DNA of 64,000 bases. Source: an uncultured Planctomycetaceae bacterium (lineage in GTDB: Bacteria > Planctomycetota > Planctomycetia > Planctomycetales > Planctomycetaceae). The notes under the pieces were generated by a model. That model saw only the letters and a list, made by a program, of their open reading frames with translations. It ran no database searches and was not told the origin of the DNA. The position numbers were made by a program, and so were the translations under genes. This document shows, piece by piece, positions 45,637 through 56,904 of the stretch; position 1 is the stretch's first letter; the number at the start of each line of letters is the position of its first letter. The DNA lies in contig CAWFGE010000005.1 of assembly GCA_963815195.1 (NCBI GenBank), positions 19,774 to 83,773 on the forward strand, given 5' to 3'.

Positions 45637-46461
45637 ATGCTTCGTAACTCTCCCAAAACGTTTGGCGTCTTGGCCGCTTTGGTTGGCTGCTTGATGGGCT
45701 CCCTGTCCGAGGCCGGCGAAGTCCGTTGGAACAACGAGTTCAAAAAAGCCGCGGAGAAGGCGACCGCCGAAAACAAGCCTTTGATGGTGATGGTCTCGGC
45801 CAAGTGGTGCGGCTACTGTCAGAAGATGCTCCAGACCACGTTCCGCGACGAGAAATTGATCGAGCACATCAACGGCTGCTTCATCCCGGTGTATCTCGAC
45901 GCCGACCACAATGAAGAACTCGTCGAGAAACTCCAAATCGACGGCCTGCCGACGACGCTGATTATCTCGCCGGAGTTAAAAGTCGTGAAGCGGTTGTCGG
46001 GTTATCAATCGGCCGGGGCGCTCGGCGGGGAAATCGCCAAAGTTTGCGACCACGCCAAACCCGCCCAACCCGCCAAACCAGCGAAGACATTTCCCGTGTC
46101 CCACACCAAACCGCTTCCCGCATTTGACGGCACCTGCCTGGTGAGTCTGCGGGACGACGGCCGGCTCGCCAAGGGGCAGGCCCAGTGGTCGAGCACCTAC
46201 AATGGCCGGCCGGTCTGGTTTGCATCGGCGGAGCACAAGCAAAAGTTCGACGCGAACCCGCAAGCCTATTGGCCTGTGGCGGACGGCATCTGCCTGGTCA
46301 GCGACCGCCTGGAGCAAACGCCCCGCCCGGGTGAACCGGTGCTGGCGATGATCTACGCCGACCGCCTGTGGTTCTTCGCGGACGAAACCCGCCAGCAGGA
46401 ATTCGCCAAAAACCCCAAACCCTATGCCGCCCACGCGGCAAGAATCGCGTCCCGGCAATAG
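45637..46461 (+). CDS. Secreted thioredoxin-like protein with C-terminal YHS-like domains
   Basis: Signal peptide, WCGYC, LPTT; FDGTCLVSL..YNGRPVWFAS..FDANPQAY repeated. Confidence 0.8.
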   Translation: MLRNSPKTFGVLAALVGCLMGSLSEAGEVRWNNEFKKAAEKATAENKPLMVMVSAKWCGYCQKMLQTTFRDEKLIEHINGCFIPVYLDADHNEELVEKLQIDGLPTTLIISPELKVVKRLSGYQSAGALGGEIAKVCDHAKPAQPAKPAKTFPVSHTKPLPAFDGTCLVSLRDDGRLAKGQAQWSSTYNGRPVWFASAEHKQKFDANPQAYWPVADGICLVSDRLEQTPRPGEPVLAMIYADRLWFFADETRQQEFAKNPKPYAAHAARIASRQ

Positions 46462-46512
46462 ATTCCCGCAGAGGTATTTTTGGTTTTCGGCGCGGCCGGT
46501 TCGCTTCCTTGT

Positions 46513-46827
46513 CTAGGACGTGACGTCGGAATCGAACACGCGAACCTGCTTCCAGTTGGCCTTGTTTTCTTCGATGAACGTCATATGGTCCTCAGCGACC
46601 TGGTAGGCATCCTGCGAAGCGCGGTCCTGGAAGATGACATGGAGCGCCACGTGAAAGCCGCGGTCGTTGACTTCGCGGGCCAGGTCCGGATTGAGCGTCC
46701 CCGCCGCGAAGAACACGACGCCGGGATGATCTTTCAAGTATTTGTGGCACGCCGCGACAAGTTTCTGCTGGGCCTCGGGCGAATCGTCGTTCAAAGTGAA
46801 GAACACGTTATGGGCAAGCATGGGCAT
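46513..46827 (-). CDS. Dabb (stress-responsive alpha/beta barrel) protein
   Basis: LAHNVFFTL..FHVALHVIF..YQVAEDH..VRVFDS. Confidence 0.85.
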   Translation of the reverse strand: MPMLAHNVFFTLNDDSPEAQQKLVAACHKYLKDHPGVVFFAAGTLNPDLAREVNDRGFHVALHVIFQDRASQDAYQVAEDHMTFIEENKANWKQVRVFDSDVTS

Positions 46828-46961
46828 TCGCGGAACCTTCAATCCAAGGGGGAAAACGACGCCGACCGGACAATGTTTGCATTCGGGCTTTCCAGTCGTC
46901 ATGCTGACGGTTTCCTCGCGAAACGTCAATCAAGCGGATTTGAGATTCTGGAGAGTCAGCC

Positions 46962-48755
46962 ATGCGCCGGTTCGGTGGGATTCTGGCAGTCGTTTTGGTC
47001 GTGACCGGATCGCAGCCTCTTCTTGCGGAAGAGACTTTGCCCGTGGCGGAGCTTCGGCAAGCGCTTAAGGCGACGAAGAATTGGCCGGGCGTGATTCGTT
47101 CCGATTTGGGCGTCACCCGGAAAGGGACGGCGATTCCCTGCGTGTACCCGGCCGAGGATTTGGACCTGCACACGTCCAAAACCCGCGTGCTGATCGTGGC
47201 GGGCTTTGAAGGGGAGCCGGCGGCGGTTTCCACGACCCTCGATGCCCTCGAATGGTTTTACACGAGCGAGGACGCCAAACCGCTTCGCGAGACGATGACC
47301 CTCTCGGCGGTGCCGATGCTGAACCCCGATCGCAACCCGCCCGCGAGTTTCCCACCCGGTGGGGAAGCGTATTCTGATAAGCCGCATCCCGAAGCCGAGT
47401 ATCTCTGGCGGTGGATCGGCATGCTCGCCCCGGACCTGGTGGTGTGTCTATCCTTTGGGGAAACGGAACAATGGTGGACTCCGGCCGATGCAAAGCATGC
47501 CGTCGGACCATTGGCAAAGAGCTTGGGAAGTAGATCGGACACGAGACCGGCCGGGATTTCGGCCCCGTCCTTGACCGACGCGCTCATGAAAATCGCCCCC
47601 TGCCAAACGGCAACGATTCCCGCGATCACCGCGGTTCGAAAATCAAATGCCCCGGAGCCGGCGCAATTCTTGAAAGACTTGCTCGAGGGGATCAAGCCAA
47701 CGAAGTTCGCCGGCCCTTCGCCCGCCCGCAAGGAACTCCAAAGCCGGGCGGACCGCGAACCTGTTCAAATCGCCCGGCAGCTCGCGAAGGTGTACGGGCA
47801 CGAGTTGTCTTCGGTGCAATACATCCCCGCGCTCGCGCTCGCCGGGCGGATTTGGCTGGGCGAGCTCACGAACGATCCCTCCCAGCGGGCGGACGTCAAG
47901 CGGATTGTCGCCCCCTATGTTTCCGGCGGCAAACCGTCTTTGCCTAAGAACTTCGGCGGCAGCCATCTCGCGGGGCATTTGATCTTTGCGGAGCTGGCGA
48001 AATCGGCCACGGATCCCGACGAAAAAGCCCAATACCTGAAGCTCGTCCGCGTCGCGGCGGATACGGGGTTCAATCCGAAAGGTGACATGAAAGACGCCAT
48101 GCCCGCGCATAGCGAAATGAGCGATGCCGTGTTCATGGGCTGCCCGATTCTCGTCGAAGCCGGCCGGCAGACCGGCCAAAAAAAATACACCCAAATGGCC
48201 CTCCGGCATTTTCGCTTTATGCGGGAACGCGTGCTGCGGGACGATGGGATTTATCGGCATTCGCCCTTGTGCGAAGCCGCGTGGGGCCGGGGCAACGGCT
48301 TCCCCGCGTTGGGGTTGGCCTGGAGCTTGTCCGCGTTGGACAAAGACGATCCCGCGTTTCCCATTCTGCTCAAAGAGTTTCAAAACCACATGGCGGCTCT
48401 CGTGAAACATCAAGACCCCACCGGCATGTGGCATCAGGTGATCGATGACCCCGGCAGCTACCGCGAAATGAGTTCGACCTGCATGATCACCTTCGCCATG
48501 ATTCGCGGCGTCCGCTCCGGCTGGCTGGACGAAGCCACATTCGGCCCGGTGATCGACAAAGCGTTCCGCGCGATCAAGGCCCGCATCGCCGCCGACGGCA
48601 CGCTGGTCGATGTGTGCACCGGCACCGGGAAACAAAAAACGCTCCGCGACTATTACGACCGCAAAGCAATTTTAGGCCGCGACCCCCGCGGCGGAGCGAT
48701 GGCCCTCCTGGTGACCACCGAAATGGCGAGATACGCTCCACAAAAAAGTCCATGA
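46962..48755 (+). CDS. Secreted protein: degenerate M14 carboxypeptidase-like domain fused to a GH88/GH105 unsaturated glycuronyl hydrolase
   Basis: N-terminal LGVTRKG..VLIVAG..VPMLNPD..PEA..PDLVV; C-terminal SDAVFM, WGRGNG, GMWHQV, YREMSSTCM, VCTGTG, DPRGG. Confidence 0.72.
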   Translation: MRRFGGILAVVLVVTGSQPLLAEETLPVAELRQALKATKNWPGVIRSDLGVTRKGTAIPCVYPAEDLDLHTSKTRVLIVAGFEGEPAAVSTTLDALEWFYTSEDAKPLRETMTLSAVPMLNPDRNPPASFPPGGEAYSDKPHPEAEYLWRWIGMLAPDLVVCLSFGETEQWWTPADAKHAVGPLAKSLGSRSDTRPAGISAPSLTDALMKIAPCQTATIPAITAVRKSNAPEPAQFLKDLLEGIKPTKFAGPSPARKELQSRADREPVQIARQLAKVYGHELSSVQYIPALALAGRIWLGELTNDPSQRADVKRIVAPYVSGGKPSLPKNFGGSHLAGHLIFAELAKSATDPDEKAQYLKLVRVAADTGFNPKGDMKDAMPAHSEMSDAVFMGCPILVEAGRQTGQKKYTQMALRHFRFMRERVLRDDGIYRHSPLCEAAWGRGNGFPALGLAWSLSALDKDDPAFPILLKEFQNHMAALVKHQDPTGMWHQVIDDPGSYREMSSTCMITFAMIRGVRSGWLDEATFGPVIDKAFRAIKARIAADGTLVDVCTGTGKQKTLRDYYDRKAILGRDPRGGAMALLVTTEMARYAPQKSP

Positions 48756-48869
48756 CCGCATGACCGCCTATCCGGGGCAAATGGCCTGGGCAAGGGATTG
48801 GAGATTCTGCTAAAGTTGCCCTTGCCTCGCAAATTTCCCAATTCCGCCGGTGAGACCGTTTTCAGGCCG

Positions 48870-50120
48870 ATGATCTGGTTCAATCTGCTGATCTTTCTCA
48901 TCCTCATTGCCGGCCATGCCGAAGTGCAGGTGATGCTGATCAACCGCGTGCATTCGCAGCGGGTGCGGTGGAACACGCTTCGCCATCTGGAACATTTGCA
49001 CGAGGTGTTGATTTTAATTTTTCCGGGGCTGCTCGTATGGTTCGCGGGGTTCCAGGGGCCGATGCTTTTGGCGGGCGGATCGTGGGCCGACGTGTCCGTC
49101 GGTTGGTGGGGGCTGTTTGTCGTCTGCGGTTTGGGGTTTGTTGGCCAAGCGGTTTGCGCGGTCCGCTGGCAGACCCGCCGAGACCCCGATGTGTTGACCC
49201 GCGAGCAATTGCAGGTGTGGGACATGGCCGAACGCTTCGGCGAACCGCCCGCGGGCGCGGGGTTCCTCGCGGTACTCGCCAAACTGCCCGGCAACGAAGT
49301 GTTCCAGGTCGAACTCGCCGAGAAACAGTTCCATCTGCCCGCGCTGCCCGCGGCTTGGGACGGGCTGACGATTTTGCATTTGACGGACTGGCATTTCCAC
49401 GGCACTCCGGATCGGCGGTATTTTGAAGAGATCGTCCGCGAAGCCGGGCCGCTCGAGCCGGATTTGATTTGCTTCACCGGCGATCTCTTGGACGAGATGG
49501 ACTGCATGGATTGGCTGCCAGAGACGTTGGGCCGATTGCAGGCGCCGCTCGGGCGGTTTTATATCCTGGGCAATCACGATTGGCGTCTTGACGCGCCGCC
49601 CATCCGCCAAAAGATGAAGGAGATGGGCTGGCAAGATGCGGCCGGTCGGATGCTGACGGTTTCGCACAACGGTTTGACTTTGCTCATCGGCGGGACCGAG
49701 CTGCCGTGGATGGGGCATCATCCCGATCTCGCCGTCGGCCCTGACGCCGCGTTCCGATTGTTGCTCAGCCATACGCCGGACCATTTCGATTGGGCCAAAC
49801 AGCAAGGCGTGGATCTGGTGCTCGCCGGCCACAACCACGGCGGGCAGATCGTATTCCCGGTCGTCGGCCCCTTGTATTCGCCGAGCCGCTTTGGCGTCCG
49901 CTATGCCGCCGGGTGCTGGTACGAAGAGGGCACGCTGATGTACGTGTCGCGGGGTTTGTCGGGTGGTCATCCCGTCCGCTACAATTGCCGGCCGGAGATC
50001 ACGCTGCTCACGTTATTCTCGCGCCCGGCGTCTCAATCTCTGGACGACGAACGGTGCGCTCAGCAACCCGTCGCGCTGAGTCAGGCCCATGAAGAAGCTG
50101 CCATCCATGACGACGAATAA
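48870..50120 (+). CDS. Membrane-anchored metallophosphoesterase (YkuE/YaeI-like)
   Basis: N-terminal TM helices; LTDWH, TGD, LGNHD, SHTPD, AGHNHGGQ, SRG, PEIT. Confidence 0.88.
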   Translation: MIWFNLLIFLILIAGHAEVQVMLINRVHSQRVRWNTLRHLEHLHEVLILIFPGLLVWFAGFQGPMLLAGGSWADVSVGWWGLFVVCGLGFVGQAVCAVRWQTRRDPDVLTREQLQVWDMAERFGEPPAGAGFLAVLAKLPGNEVFQVELAEKQFHLPALPAAWDGLTILHLTDWHFHGTPDRRYFEEIVREAGPLEPDLICFTGDLLDEMDCMDWLPETLGRLQAPLGRFYILGNHDWRLDAPPIRQKMKEMGWQDAAGRMLTVSHNGLTLLIGGTELPWMGHHPDLAVGPDAAFRLLLSHTPDHFDWAKQQGVDLVLAGHNHGGQIVFPVVGPLYSPSRFGVRYAAGCWYEEGTLMYVSRGLSGGHPVRYNCRPEITLLTLFSRPASQSLDDERCAQQPVALSQAHEEAAIHDDE

Positions 50121-50304
50121 CTCATTCATCAGCTGCAGGGCGCTGGCCCACGGTTTGTTTTTGAAACGGACACACTGAGGCCTGAAAATCCCGGGTGGAT
50201 TTTTCGTGCATCGGGTCGCGTCCGGCGATAGGATGGCATTACCCAAAAGCTGTAGGCGCCGATGGGCTGAATGATTTCGGTCGTTTCGTGGAGAAGGGAA
50301 TCGC

Positions 50305-51117
50305 ATGACGTTTGAAACCACGCCTTCCGTTTCGCTGTCCGAGTTCCGGACGCTGTTGCACACCACGCGTTTGCCCGCGCCGGAAATCTCGCTCCGCACG
50401 CGGGCGATTTATGAAGCGATGCTCGCCGAGTCGCGCTGCCTCCGCGGCGGGAATTTCACCGCGATCGAAACCGCGGACCTCCGCCGGCTGTTCGACAAAT
50501 ACGACCAGGCGTTTTTCGACGGGAAATGCGGGGAACTCGCCCGGACCAATAATACGCTCCGGTTTCGGCTCTCCAAACGCATGACGAGCGCGGCGGGCAA
50601 AACCTTTCAGCGAAGGCCCAGGCATCGGCAAACCCGCGCGGCCGACTATGAAATCGCCATCTCGACGACGCTCCTCTTTGAAACCTTCAACGAGGAACTC
50701 CGCCCGATCACCGTCAGCGGCGTTTCGTGCAGCGACCGGCTCGAAGCGCTCCAGCGAATCTTCGAGCACGAGATCCTGCACCTGTTGGAGATGCTCTTAT
50801 GGGATCAATCGAGCTGCTCGGCCGACCGCTTCCGCTCGATGGCCCACCGGCTCTTCGGCCATTTGCAAAGTACGCATCAGCTCATCACGCCCCGCGAAAT
50901 CGCCCAGACGAAATACGGCATCGGCCCCGGGCAGCGGGTGAAGTTCACCTTCGAGGGCCGGCGGTACGTGGGCGTCGTCAACCGCGTCACCAAGCGCGCC
51001 ACCGTCCTCGTCCCCGACCGCACCGGCGAACCCTACTCCGACGGCCGGCGGTATCTCAAGTTCTATATCCCGCTGCCGATGCTGACGCCGCTCAGCGAGA
51101 ATGAGATCGAACGCTAA
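50305..51117 (+). CDS. SprT-like zinc metalloprotease-family protein with SH3/KOW-like C-terminus
   Basis: FDKYDQAFF, RLSKRMTSAAGKT, HEILH (HExxH), GVVNRVTKRATVLV. Confidence 0.65.
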   Translation: MTFETTPSVSLSEFRTLLHTTRLPAPEISLRTRAIYEAMLAESRCLRGGNFTAIETADLRRLFDKYDQAFFDGKCGELARTNNTLRFRLSKRMTSAAGKTFQRRPRHRQTRAADYEIAISTTLLFETFNEELRPITVSGVSCSDRLEALQRIFEHEILHLLEMLLWDQSSCSADRFRSMAHRLFGHLQSTHQLITPREIAQTKYGIGPGQRVKFTFEGRRYVGVVNRVTKRATVLVPDRTGEPYSDGRRYLKFYIPLPMLTPLSENEIER

Positions 51118-51131
51118 CGGCTTGAAACGGT

Positions 51132-52465
51132 CTATTTCGTCCCGTCCACCGGAACCAGGCCGATGCCGGAGTAATAGAAGCCCTGCTCCGCCAGGAGGAC
51201 GGGGTTATACAGGTTCCGGCCGTCGAAGACGACGGGGGACTTCATCTTCTCTTTCATGTACTCGAAGTCGGGGTTTCGGAACTCGTTCCACTCGGTGACG
51301 ATCGCCAGGGCGTCGGTGTTTTCCAGCGTCTCGTAGCGGTCGTTGCAGAAGGTCACGCGGTCCAGGCGGGGATGGCCTTTGAGCTCCTTCTGCACGTTCT
51401 CCCGCGCGACCGGGTCGTGCACGCGCAGGTTCGCGCCGGCTTCCAGGAGTTGATTGATGAGCACCAGCGACGGGGCTTCGCGGATGTCGTCGGTCTTGGG
51501 TTTAAAGGACAACCCCCAGAGCGCGATGGTCCGCCCCTCCAGTTTTCCGTCGAAGTATTTGTGGACCTTCCCGAACAGGATCGTCTTTTGATGATGGTTC
51601 ACGTCGTGCACGGTTTTGAGCAGGCTGGGCTCGACGCCGTTGTGCTCGGCGACGTAGATCAAAGCCTGCACATCTTTGGGAAAGCAGGATCCGCCGTAGC
51701 CCACGCCAGGGAACAAGAACGAAAACCCGATGCGGGCGTCGTGCCCGATGCCCCGGCGGACATCGTTGATGTCGGCCCCCACGTTCTCGCAGATGTTGGC
51801 CATCTCGTTGATGAAGCTGATCTTCGTCGCCAGCATGCAGTTCGCGACGTATTTCGTCATCTCCGCGCTTTCCAGGCTCATCGCGAGAAACGGATGCTCC
51901 GTGCGGAGGAAGGGTTTATAGAGCTCGTTCAACACCCGCACGACCGTTTCGCTGTCGGCGCCGACGACCACGCGGTCGGGTTTGGTGAAGTCGTCGATCG
52001 CGGCCCCTTCCTTGAGGAACTCGGGATTGGAGGCCACGTGCACATCCCGCCCCGTCAGCTCTTTGAGCCGGTTCGCGACCTTGCGGTTCGTGCCCACCGG
52101 CACGGTGCTTTTTATGACCACGATCGTCTTTTCGGAAAGATGCGGTGCGAGCGATTCGGTGACTTTGAACACGCCGGAGAGGTTGGCGGCCCCGTCATCG
52201 CTTTGGGGCGTGCCCACCGCGATGAACACGCAGCGGGCCTTGGGGACGGCGTCGGGGTAGCTCGTCGTGAAATGCAACCGCCCCGCCTGGCTGTTGCGGA
52301 GCACGAGTTCCTTCAGCCCCGGCTCGTAAATCGGAATCTCCCCGCGCTTGAGCGCTCGATTTTGTCCTCGTCGATATTGACGCAGGTCACATCGTTTCCG
52401 CTTTCGGCGAAACAGGTCCCGGTCACCAGCCCCACATAGCCGGTCCCAATCATCACAACTTTCAT
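51132..52465 (-). CDS. ugd: UDP-glucose 6-dehydrogenase (frameshift near 52358)
   Basis: [16 protein letters not shown] in one frame; [40 protein letters not shown]. Confidence 0.93.
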
Positions 52466-52535
52466 CAATGACTCCTTCCGAAACGCGCGGAGGCCTTAAT
52501 GGCCCCTTTGACCCGCAACGACATGATGGCAGAGA

Positions 52536-52626
52536 AAATCCGAAATCCGAAACAAATGGAAAACTCAAAATTCCAATCAAAGACCAAAATCTTTCCTCGT
52601 TCCCAAGCTGGAGCTTGGGAACGAGG
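52536..52626. repeat. Composite intergenic repeat: family F arm plus family C palindrome
   Basis: AAATCCGAAATCCGAAACAAAT (52536-52557) and the perfect palindrome CCTCGTTCCCAAGCT-GG-AGCTTGGGAACGAGG (52595-52626). Confidence 0.75.
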
Positions 52627-52712
52627 GGTGGTTAATGCTTCGTCGAAAACGCGCTTGCGGAAAACCGCGCTCCCGAAATCTAGCAAGAATGGAAAAGATG
52701 ATAAAGAGATGT

Positions 52713-55517
52713 TTACTCCGGCGATTCCTCTTCGGTCGGCGGTTCGGTGGATTCAGGAGGTTCGGTTTCCGCCGGCGATGATTCCTGGACTTCGGCTTGC
52801 GGCTGGGCTGCGCGGGGCGGGCCTTCGAGTTCCGTTTCGTCCATGACTTCCGCGGGGATGCGGGCGATGGAGACGAGCTTGTCATCCTCGTCCAAGCGGA
52901 TGATCCGCACGCCTTGCGTGTTGCGGCCGACCTGGCTGATGTCCCGCGCCCTGAGCCGCTGGATTTTGCCGAAGCCGGTGACCATCAAGACTTCATCATC
53001 ATCGCTGACGGCGAGAATGTCGATCACCTGGCCGTTGCGCTTCGTGGTTTTGATGTCCCGGAGGCCTTTGCCGCCGCGGTTCTGCCGGCGGTAGCGCATG
53101 TTGCCCGAATACTTCGCGACTTCTTCTTCGGGGGCGTTTTCATCGACCTCGGCTTCCTCGTCGGTCTCGGGCTCTTCGCCGACTTCGCCGGGACCGAAGG
53201 GCGTGCGTTTTCCGTAACCGTTTTCGCAGACGGTTAAGAGCGTGCCTTCCGGCTCGACCACGACCATGCCCACCACTTTGTCGTCGCCCACGAGCTTGAT
53301 GCCTTTCACGCCCCGCGTGGCCCGTCCCATCGCGCGGGCATCCTCGGCGGCGAAGCGAATCGACATCCCGTTCCGCGTGGCGAGCACCACGTCATCATCT
53401 TTGGAGACGATCCGCACATCGATCAGCTCGTCGTCATCGTCCAGGTTGATCGCGATGAGTCCGCCTTTGAGCGGCCGGCTGTACGCCGAGAGCACGGTCT
53501 TTTTCACCAGGCCCTTGCGGGTGGCTTTGATGAGAAAATGATCCTCGTCGAAATCCATCACGGCCAGGCATTGCGAGACGCGTTCGTTCTCGTCCAGTTG
53601 CAACAGGTTGACCAAGGCCCGGCCCTTCGCGGTCCGGCTGCCCAGGGGCAGGTCGTACACCTTCTGCCAATAGACTTTCCCGCGGTCGGTGAAGAACAAC
53701 AGATAGGCGTGCGTCGAGGACACGAAGACGTGCTCGACGGGATCTTCCTCGTCGATTTTGACGCCGGTGATGCCTTTGCCGCCGCGGTTCTGGGCCTGGT
53801 ACACGCTCAGCTGCGTGCGTTTGATATAGCCCCGGCGAGACAGCACGACGACCATGGGCTCTTCGGTGATCAAGTCGTCGCGGTCTACGTCGCCGAGTTC
53901 TTCCTCGCTGATCTCGGTCCGCCGGGAGTCGCCGTATTTCTTTTTGAGGTCCTCCATCTCCCCGCGAATGACCGCGAGGATGTTCGCCTCGTCGGAGAGC
54001 AGCTGCATGTATTCGGAGATGTCGTCGAGCAGCTTTTTATGCTCGCCGCTGAGTTGCTCGCGCTCCAGGTTGGCGAGCGAGCCCAGCTGCATGGACACGA
54101 TCGCCTCGGCTTGCCGGGACGTGAGCGTGTAGCTTTCGTGCAGGCCGTTCTCGTCCTGGAAGATTTGAAACCCGTCCGCTCCCAAGGCCCGCGCGACCAT
54201 CTCGGCGGGGACTTGGATTTCCTGCAGGCGGTCGCGGGCTTCGGTTCGGCTGGAGGAACTGCGGATCGTGTCGATGATCTGGTCGATGTCGAGTTGGGCG
54301 ATCAACAGGCCTTCCACGGTGTGCTTACGCTTGCGGGCCTCGGCGAGCAGGAACTCCGTCCGCCGGCGGAGCACATCCACCCGATGCCTTAAGAACTCGG
54401 CGAGCAGTTCCTTGACCGTCAGCGTCTGCGGCCGGTTGGCGACCAAAGCCAAGAGGATCATGCTCACCGTCGTTTGCAGCGTCGAATAGCGGTAAAGCTG
54501 GTTGAGCACCACCTCTTTATCGGCGTCGCGTTTGAGCACGATGTGCAACCGCACCTGCCAGGACGGGACTTTGCGGTCGGTGAGGTCGATCACGCGGGCG
54601 ATGCCTTTGACGCGGTCTTCCTTGGCGAGTTGCTCCAGTTTTTCGCGGATGCGGTCGCGGGTTTCGAGATAGGGAATCTCGGTGACGACGATCACGTCGG
54701 CCTTGCCTTCGGTCTCGAAATGCGTGCGGGCCCGGAGCGTGATTGTCGATCGCCCCGTCATGTAGCCTTGGCGGATTCCGTATCGCCCGCAGATGATTCC
54801 CCCGGTGGGAAAATCGGGGCCGGGCAACACGTCGAGAATCTCGTCGATCGTGCAATCCGGGTTGTCGATCAACAGCATCACCGCATCGCAGACTTCGACG
54901 AGGTTGTGCGGCGGCACGCTGGTCGCCATGCCCACGGCAATCCCGGTGGAGCCGTTGACGAGCAGGTTCGGAAACCGCGCCGGCAAAACGACCGGTTCGG
55001 TCATCCGCTGGTCGTAGGTCGGGACGAAATCGACCGTATCTCGCTTGATGTCCTGAAGCATCTCCGACGCGACCGCCGAGAGCCGGGCTTCGGTGTAACG
55101 CTGGGCGGCGGGCGGCAGGCCGGCGAGCGAACCGAAGTTGCCCTGCTTGTCCACAAGCACCGAGCGCATCACCCAATCCTGGGCGAGGCGGACGAGCGTG
55201 GGGTACAGGCCTTCGCTGCCGTGCGGGTGGTAGTTCCCGCTGGTGTCGCCTGTGATCTTGGCGCACTTGATCCGGCCGCTGCCCGGGCCGAGGTTCAGGT
55301 CGTTCATCGCGACCAGGATCCGCCGCTGCGAGGGTTTCAGCCCATCCCGCGCATCGGGGAGCGCCCGGCTGACGATGACCGACATCGCGTAGGTGAGATA
55401 GCTCGTCCGCATCTCATCCTGGATGTCGAGTTGTTGAATGCGGCCGTTGCCGCCCGCAGGTTGAATTGGCTCCGTCCCATCACCGATGGGGAAGTCTCCG
55501 CTATCACCGTTTGACAA
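52713..55517 (-). CDS. gyrA: DNA gyrase subunit A
   Basis: [18 protein letters not shown], catalytic [15 protein letters not shown], GyrA-box QNRGGKG, C-terminal pinwheel repeats; TTG start with AAGGAG RBS. Confidence 0.96.
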   Translation of the reverse strand: MSNGDSGDFPIGDGTEPIQPAGGNGRIQQLDIQDEMRTSYLTYAMSVIVSRALPDARDGLKPSQRRILVAMNDLNLGPGSGRIKCAKITGDTSGNYHPHGSEGLYPTLVRLAQDWVMRSVLVDKQGNFGSLAGLPPAAQRYTEARLSAVASEMLQDIKRDTVDFVPTYDQRMTEPVVLPARFPNLLVNGSTGIAVGMATSVPPHNLVEVCDAVMLLIDNPDCTIDEILDVLPGPDFPTGGIICGRYGIRQGYMTGRSTITLRARTHFETEGKADVIVVTEIPYLETRDRIREKLEQLAKEDRVKGIARVIDLTDRKVPSWQVRLHIVLKRDADKEVVLNQLYRYSTLQTTVSMILLALVANRPQTLTVKELLAEFLRHRVDVLRRRTEFLLAEARKRKHTVEGLLIAQLDIDQIIDTIRSSSSRTEARDRLQEIQVPAEMVARALGADGFQIFQDENGLHESYTLTSRQAEAIVSMQLGSLANLEREQLSGEHKKLLDDISEYMQLLSDEANILAVIRGEMEDLKKKYGDSRRTEISEEELGDVDRDDLITEEPMVVVLSRRGYIKRTQLSVYQAQNRGGKGITGVKIDEEDPVEHVFVSSTHAYLLFFTDRGKVYWQKVYDLPLGSRTAKGRALVNLLQLDENERVSQCLAVMDFDEDHFLIKATRKGLVKKTVLSAYSRPLKGGLIAINLDDDDELIDVRIVSKDDDVVLATRNGMSIRFAAEDARAMGRATRGVKGIKLVGDDKVVGMVVVEPEGTLLTVCENGYGKRTPFGPGEVGEEPETDEEAEVDENAPEEEVAKYSGNMRYRRQNRGGKGLRDIKTTKRNGQVIDILAVSDDDEVLMVTGFGKIQRLRARDISQVGRNTQGVRIIRLDEDDKLVSIARIPAEVMDETELEGPPRAAQPQAEVQESSPAETEPPESTEPPTEEESPE

Positions 55518-56492
55518 ACTTCCTGCTCCTTGTAAGAACCTTCAACACAAACTCTTCCGCGACGGTTTTCCACCGGGCTCTTCCGGAAACGAGGCGATCT
55601 CGCTCGCAAAGACAGACCTCCCTCCAAGATGGGGACGATCGGTGGACGATGCGGATCAGCACGAAATCGTTGGGGGACCCGGTGGGAGAATTGGGTCCGC
55701 TGGGAGTGGGAAAACCATGCTGCCGTTCGTGCTGGGAAAGAGGCTGAGACAACAAAAACCGGGCGCGATTTTTTGCGGAAATCGCTCGGCGAAATTCACA
55801 ACGCAAGTGTACCAAATTCCGCCTGAAATCGCAACTCTGCCGGCCCGGTTTCAGGACGCTAAAAGTCCTAAAAAATAAGGCACTTCCGGCGGTTGATCGA
55901 AAGCAGCGGCCCGGCGAGTTTGGGAGGCGGAATTGCGCCGGTTTTGCGGATCGTAGACCTCGTCGCGGCCTGCTCGGAATTCCCCGCGGGCTTTTTGCAG
56001 TCACAGCCGGCACGGCCGGTTTCTATGGCCTAGGTTTCCTCAAGCCACCCCGCGTTAAATCCGCACGTTTTCCGAGAGTTGACCGCATGCCTCTTTCCGC
56101 AATGCCCGCCCCGCCTGTGACTCCCGCCGAAATGAATCTCACCCAAGAAGAATCGGCGTTGTCTCGTTCCAATCCTCTCCGCCGCGAGCCGGTGCAGTTA
56201 TCTTCGGCGCACGGGAACGCTTGGAAGTGATCCATCGCGTATTGGAATTCGGAATGGCTCCGCGCGGCGATTCCATCGAGAAGGAACGGGGCGAGTTTCC
56301 AGACGCCCGCGAACGGGAGCAACCCGAAACAGCCTTGGCAAGCGAAAATTGACCTTCGACCGCTACGAAAAAATTGCCGGAAAAAACTGCCAAATGGGAC
56401 TTTCCCCATCTGGAGTTTTCTGCTTAAATCGAATTCAGTGGATAAGAGCGATTGCTGTTACCATCCCTTGTCTTGGGAAGGATTCGATTCTC

Positions 56493-56795
56493 ATGCTGCA
56501 CTTTACGTGCGACCTTTGCGGGCGGCGTTTGGATGAAGGACGGCGTTTTATCGCCAAGGTGGAAGTTTACCCGGCGTTCGATCCGGACGAGATTGACGAA
56601 GACGATCTGGATGCCGACAACCTGCAGGAACTCGCCGCCGCCATCGAGGCTGCGGAAGCGGGCGAAGGGTCTCCGCTGGAAGACCAGGGCCCCCAGGATT
56701 TCCGCTTCGACTTGTGCCCCCATTGCCACCAGCGGTATCTGAAAGACCCGCTCGGCCGCGACGCCCTGCGCCGCTTGAACTTCAGCGAGAACTAA
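56493..56795 (+). CDS. Small acidic zinc-ribbon hypothetical protein
   Basis: MLHFTCDLCG...FDLCPHCHQRYLKDPL (two CxxC motifs). Confidence 0.75.
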   Translation: MLHFTCDLCGRRLDEGRRFIAKVEVYPAFDPDEIDEDDLDADNLQELAAAIEAAEAGEGSPLEDQGPQDFRFDLCPHCHQRYLKDPLGRDALRRLNFSEN

Positions 56796-56904
56796 ACGGC
56801 GAGCGGACCAACCTCCGGTCGGTGCCCGCGTCAGCCCCATGATTGTTTTGAATTTGGGCATTTTTGTTGGTCGTAACTCATCAGCTCACGCCGGCCGCTC
56901 GCCT

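Noticed and set aside
55518..56492. Hidden gene or ncRNA in the ~1 kb gap between gyrA and the zinc-ribbon gene
   Set aside because: The short ORFs lack coding bias or motifs, and I could not identify a convincing structured RNA.
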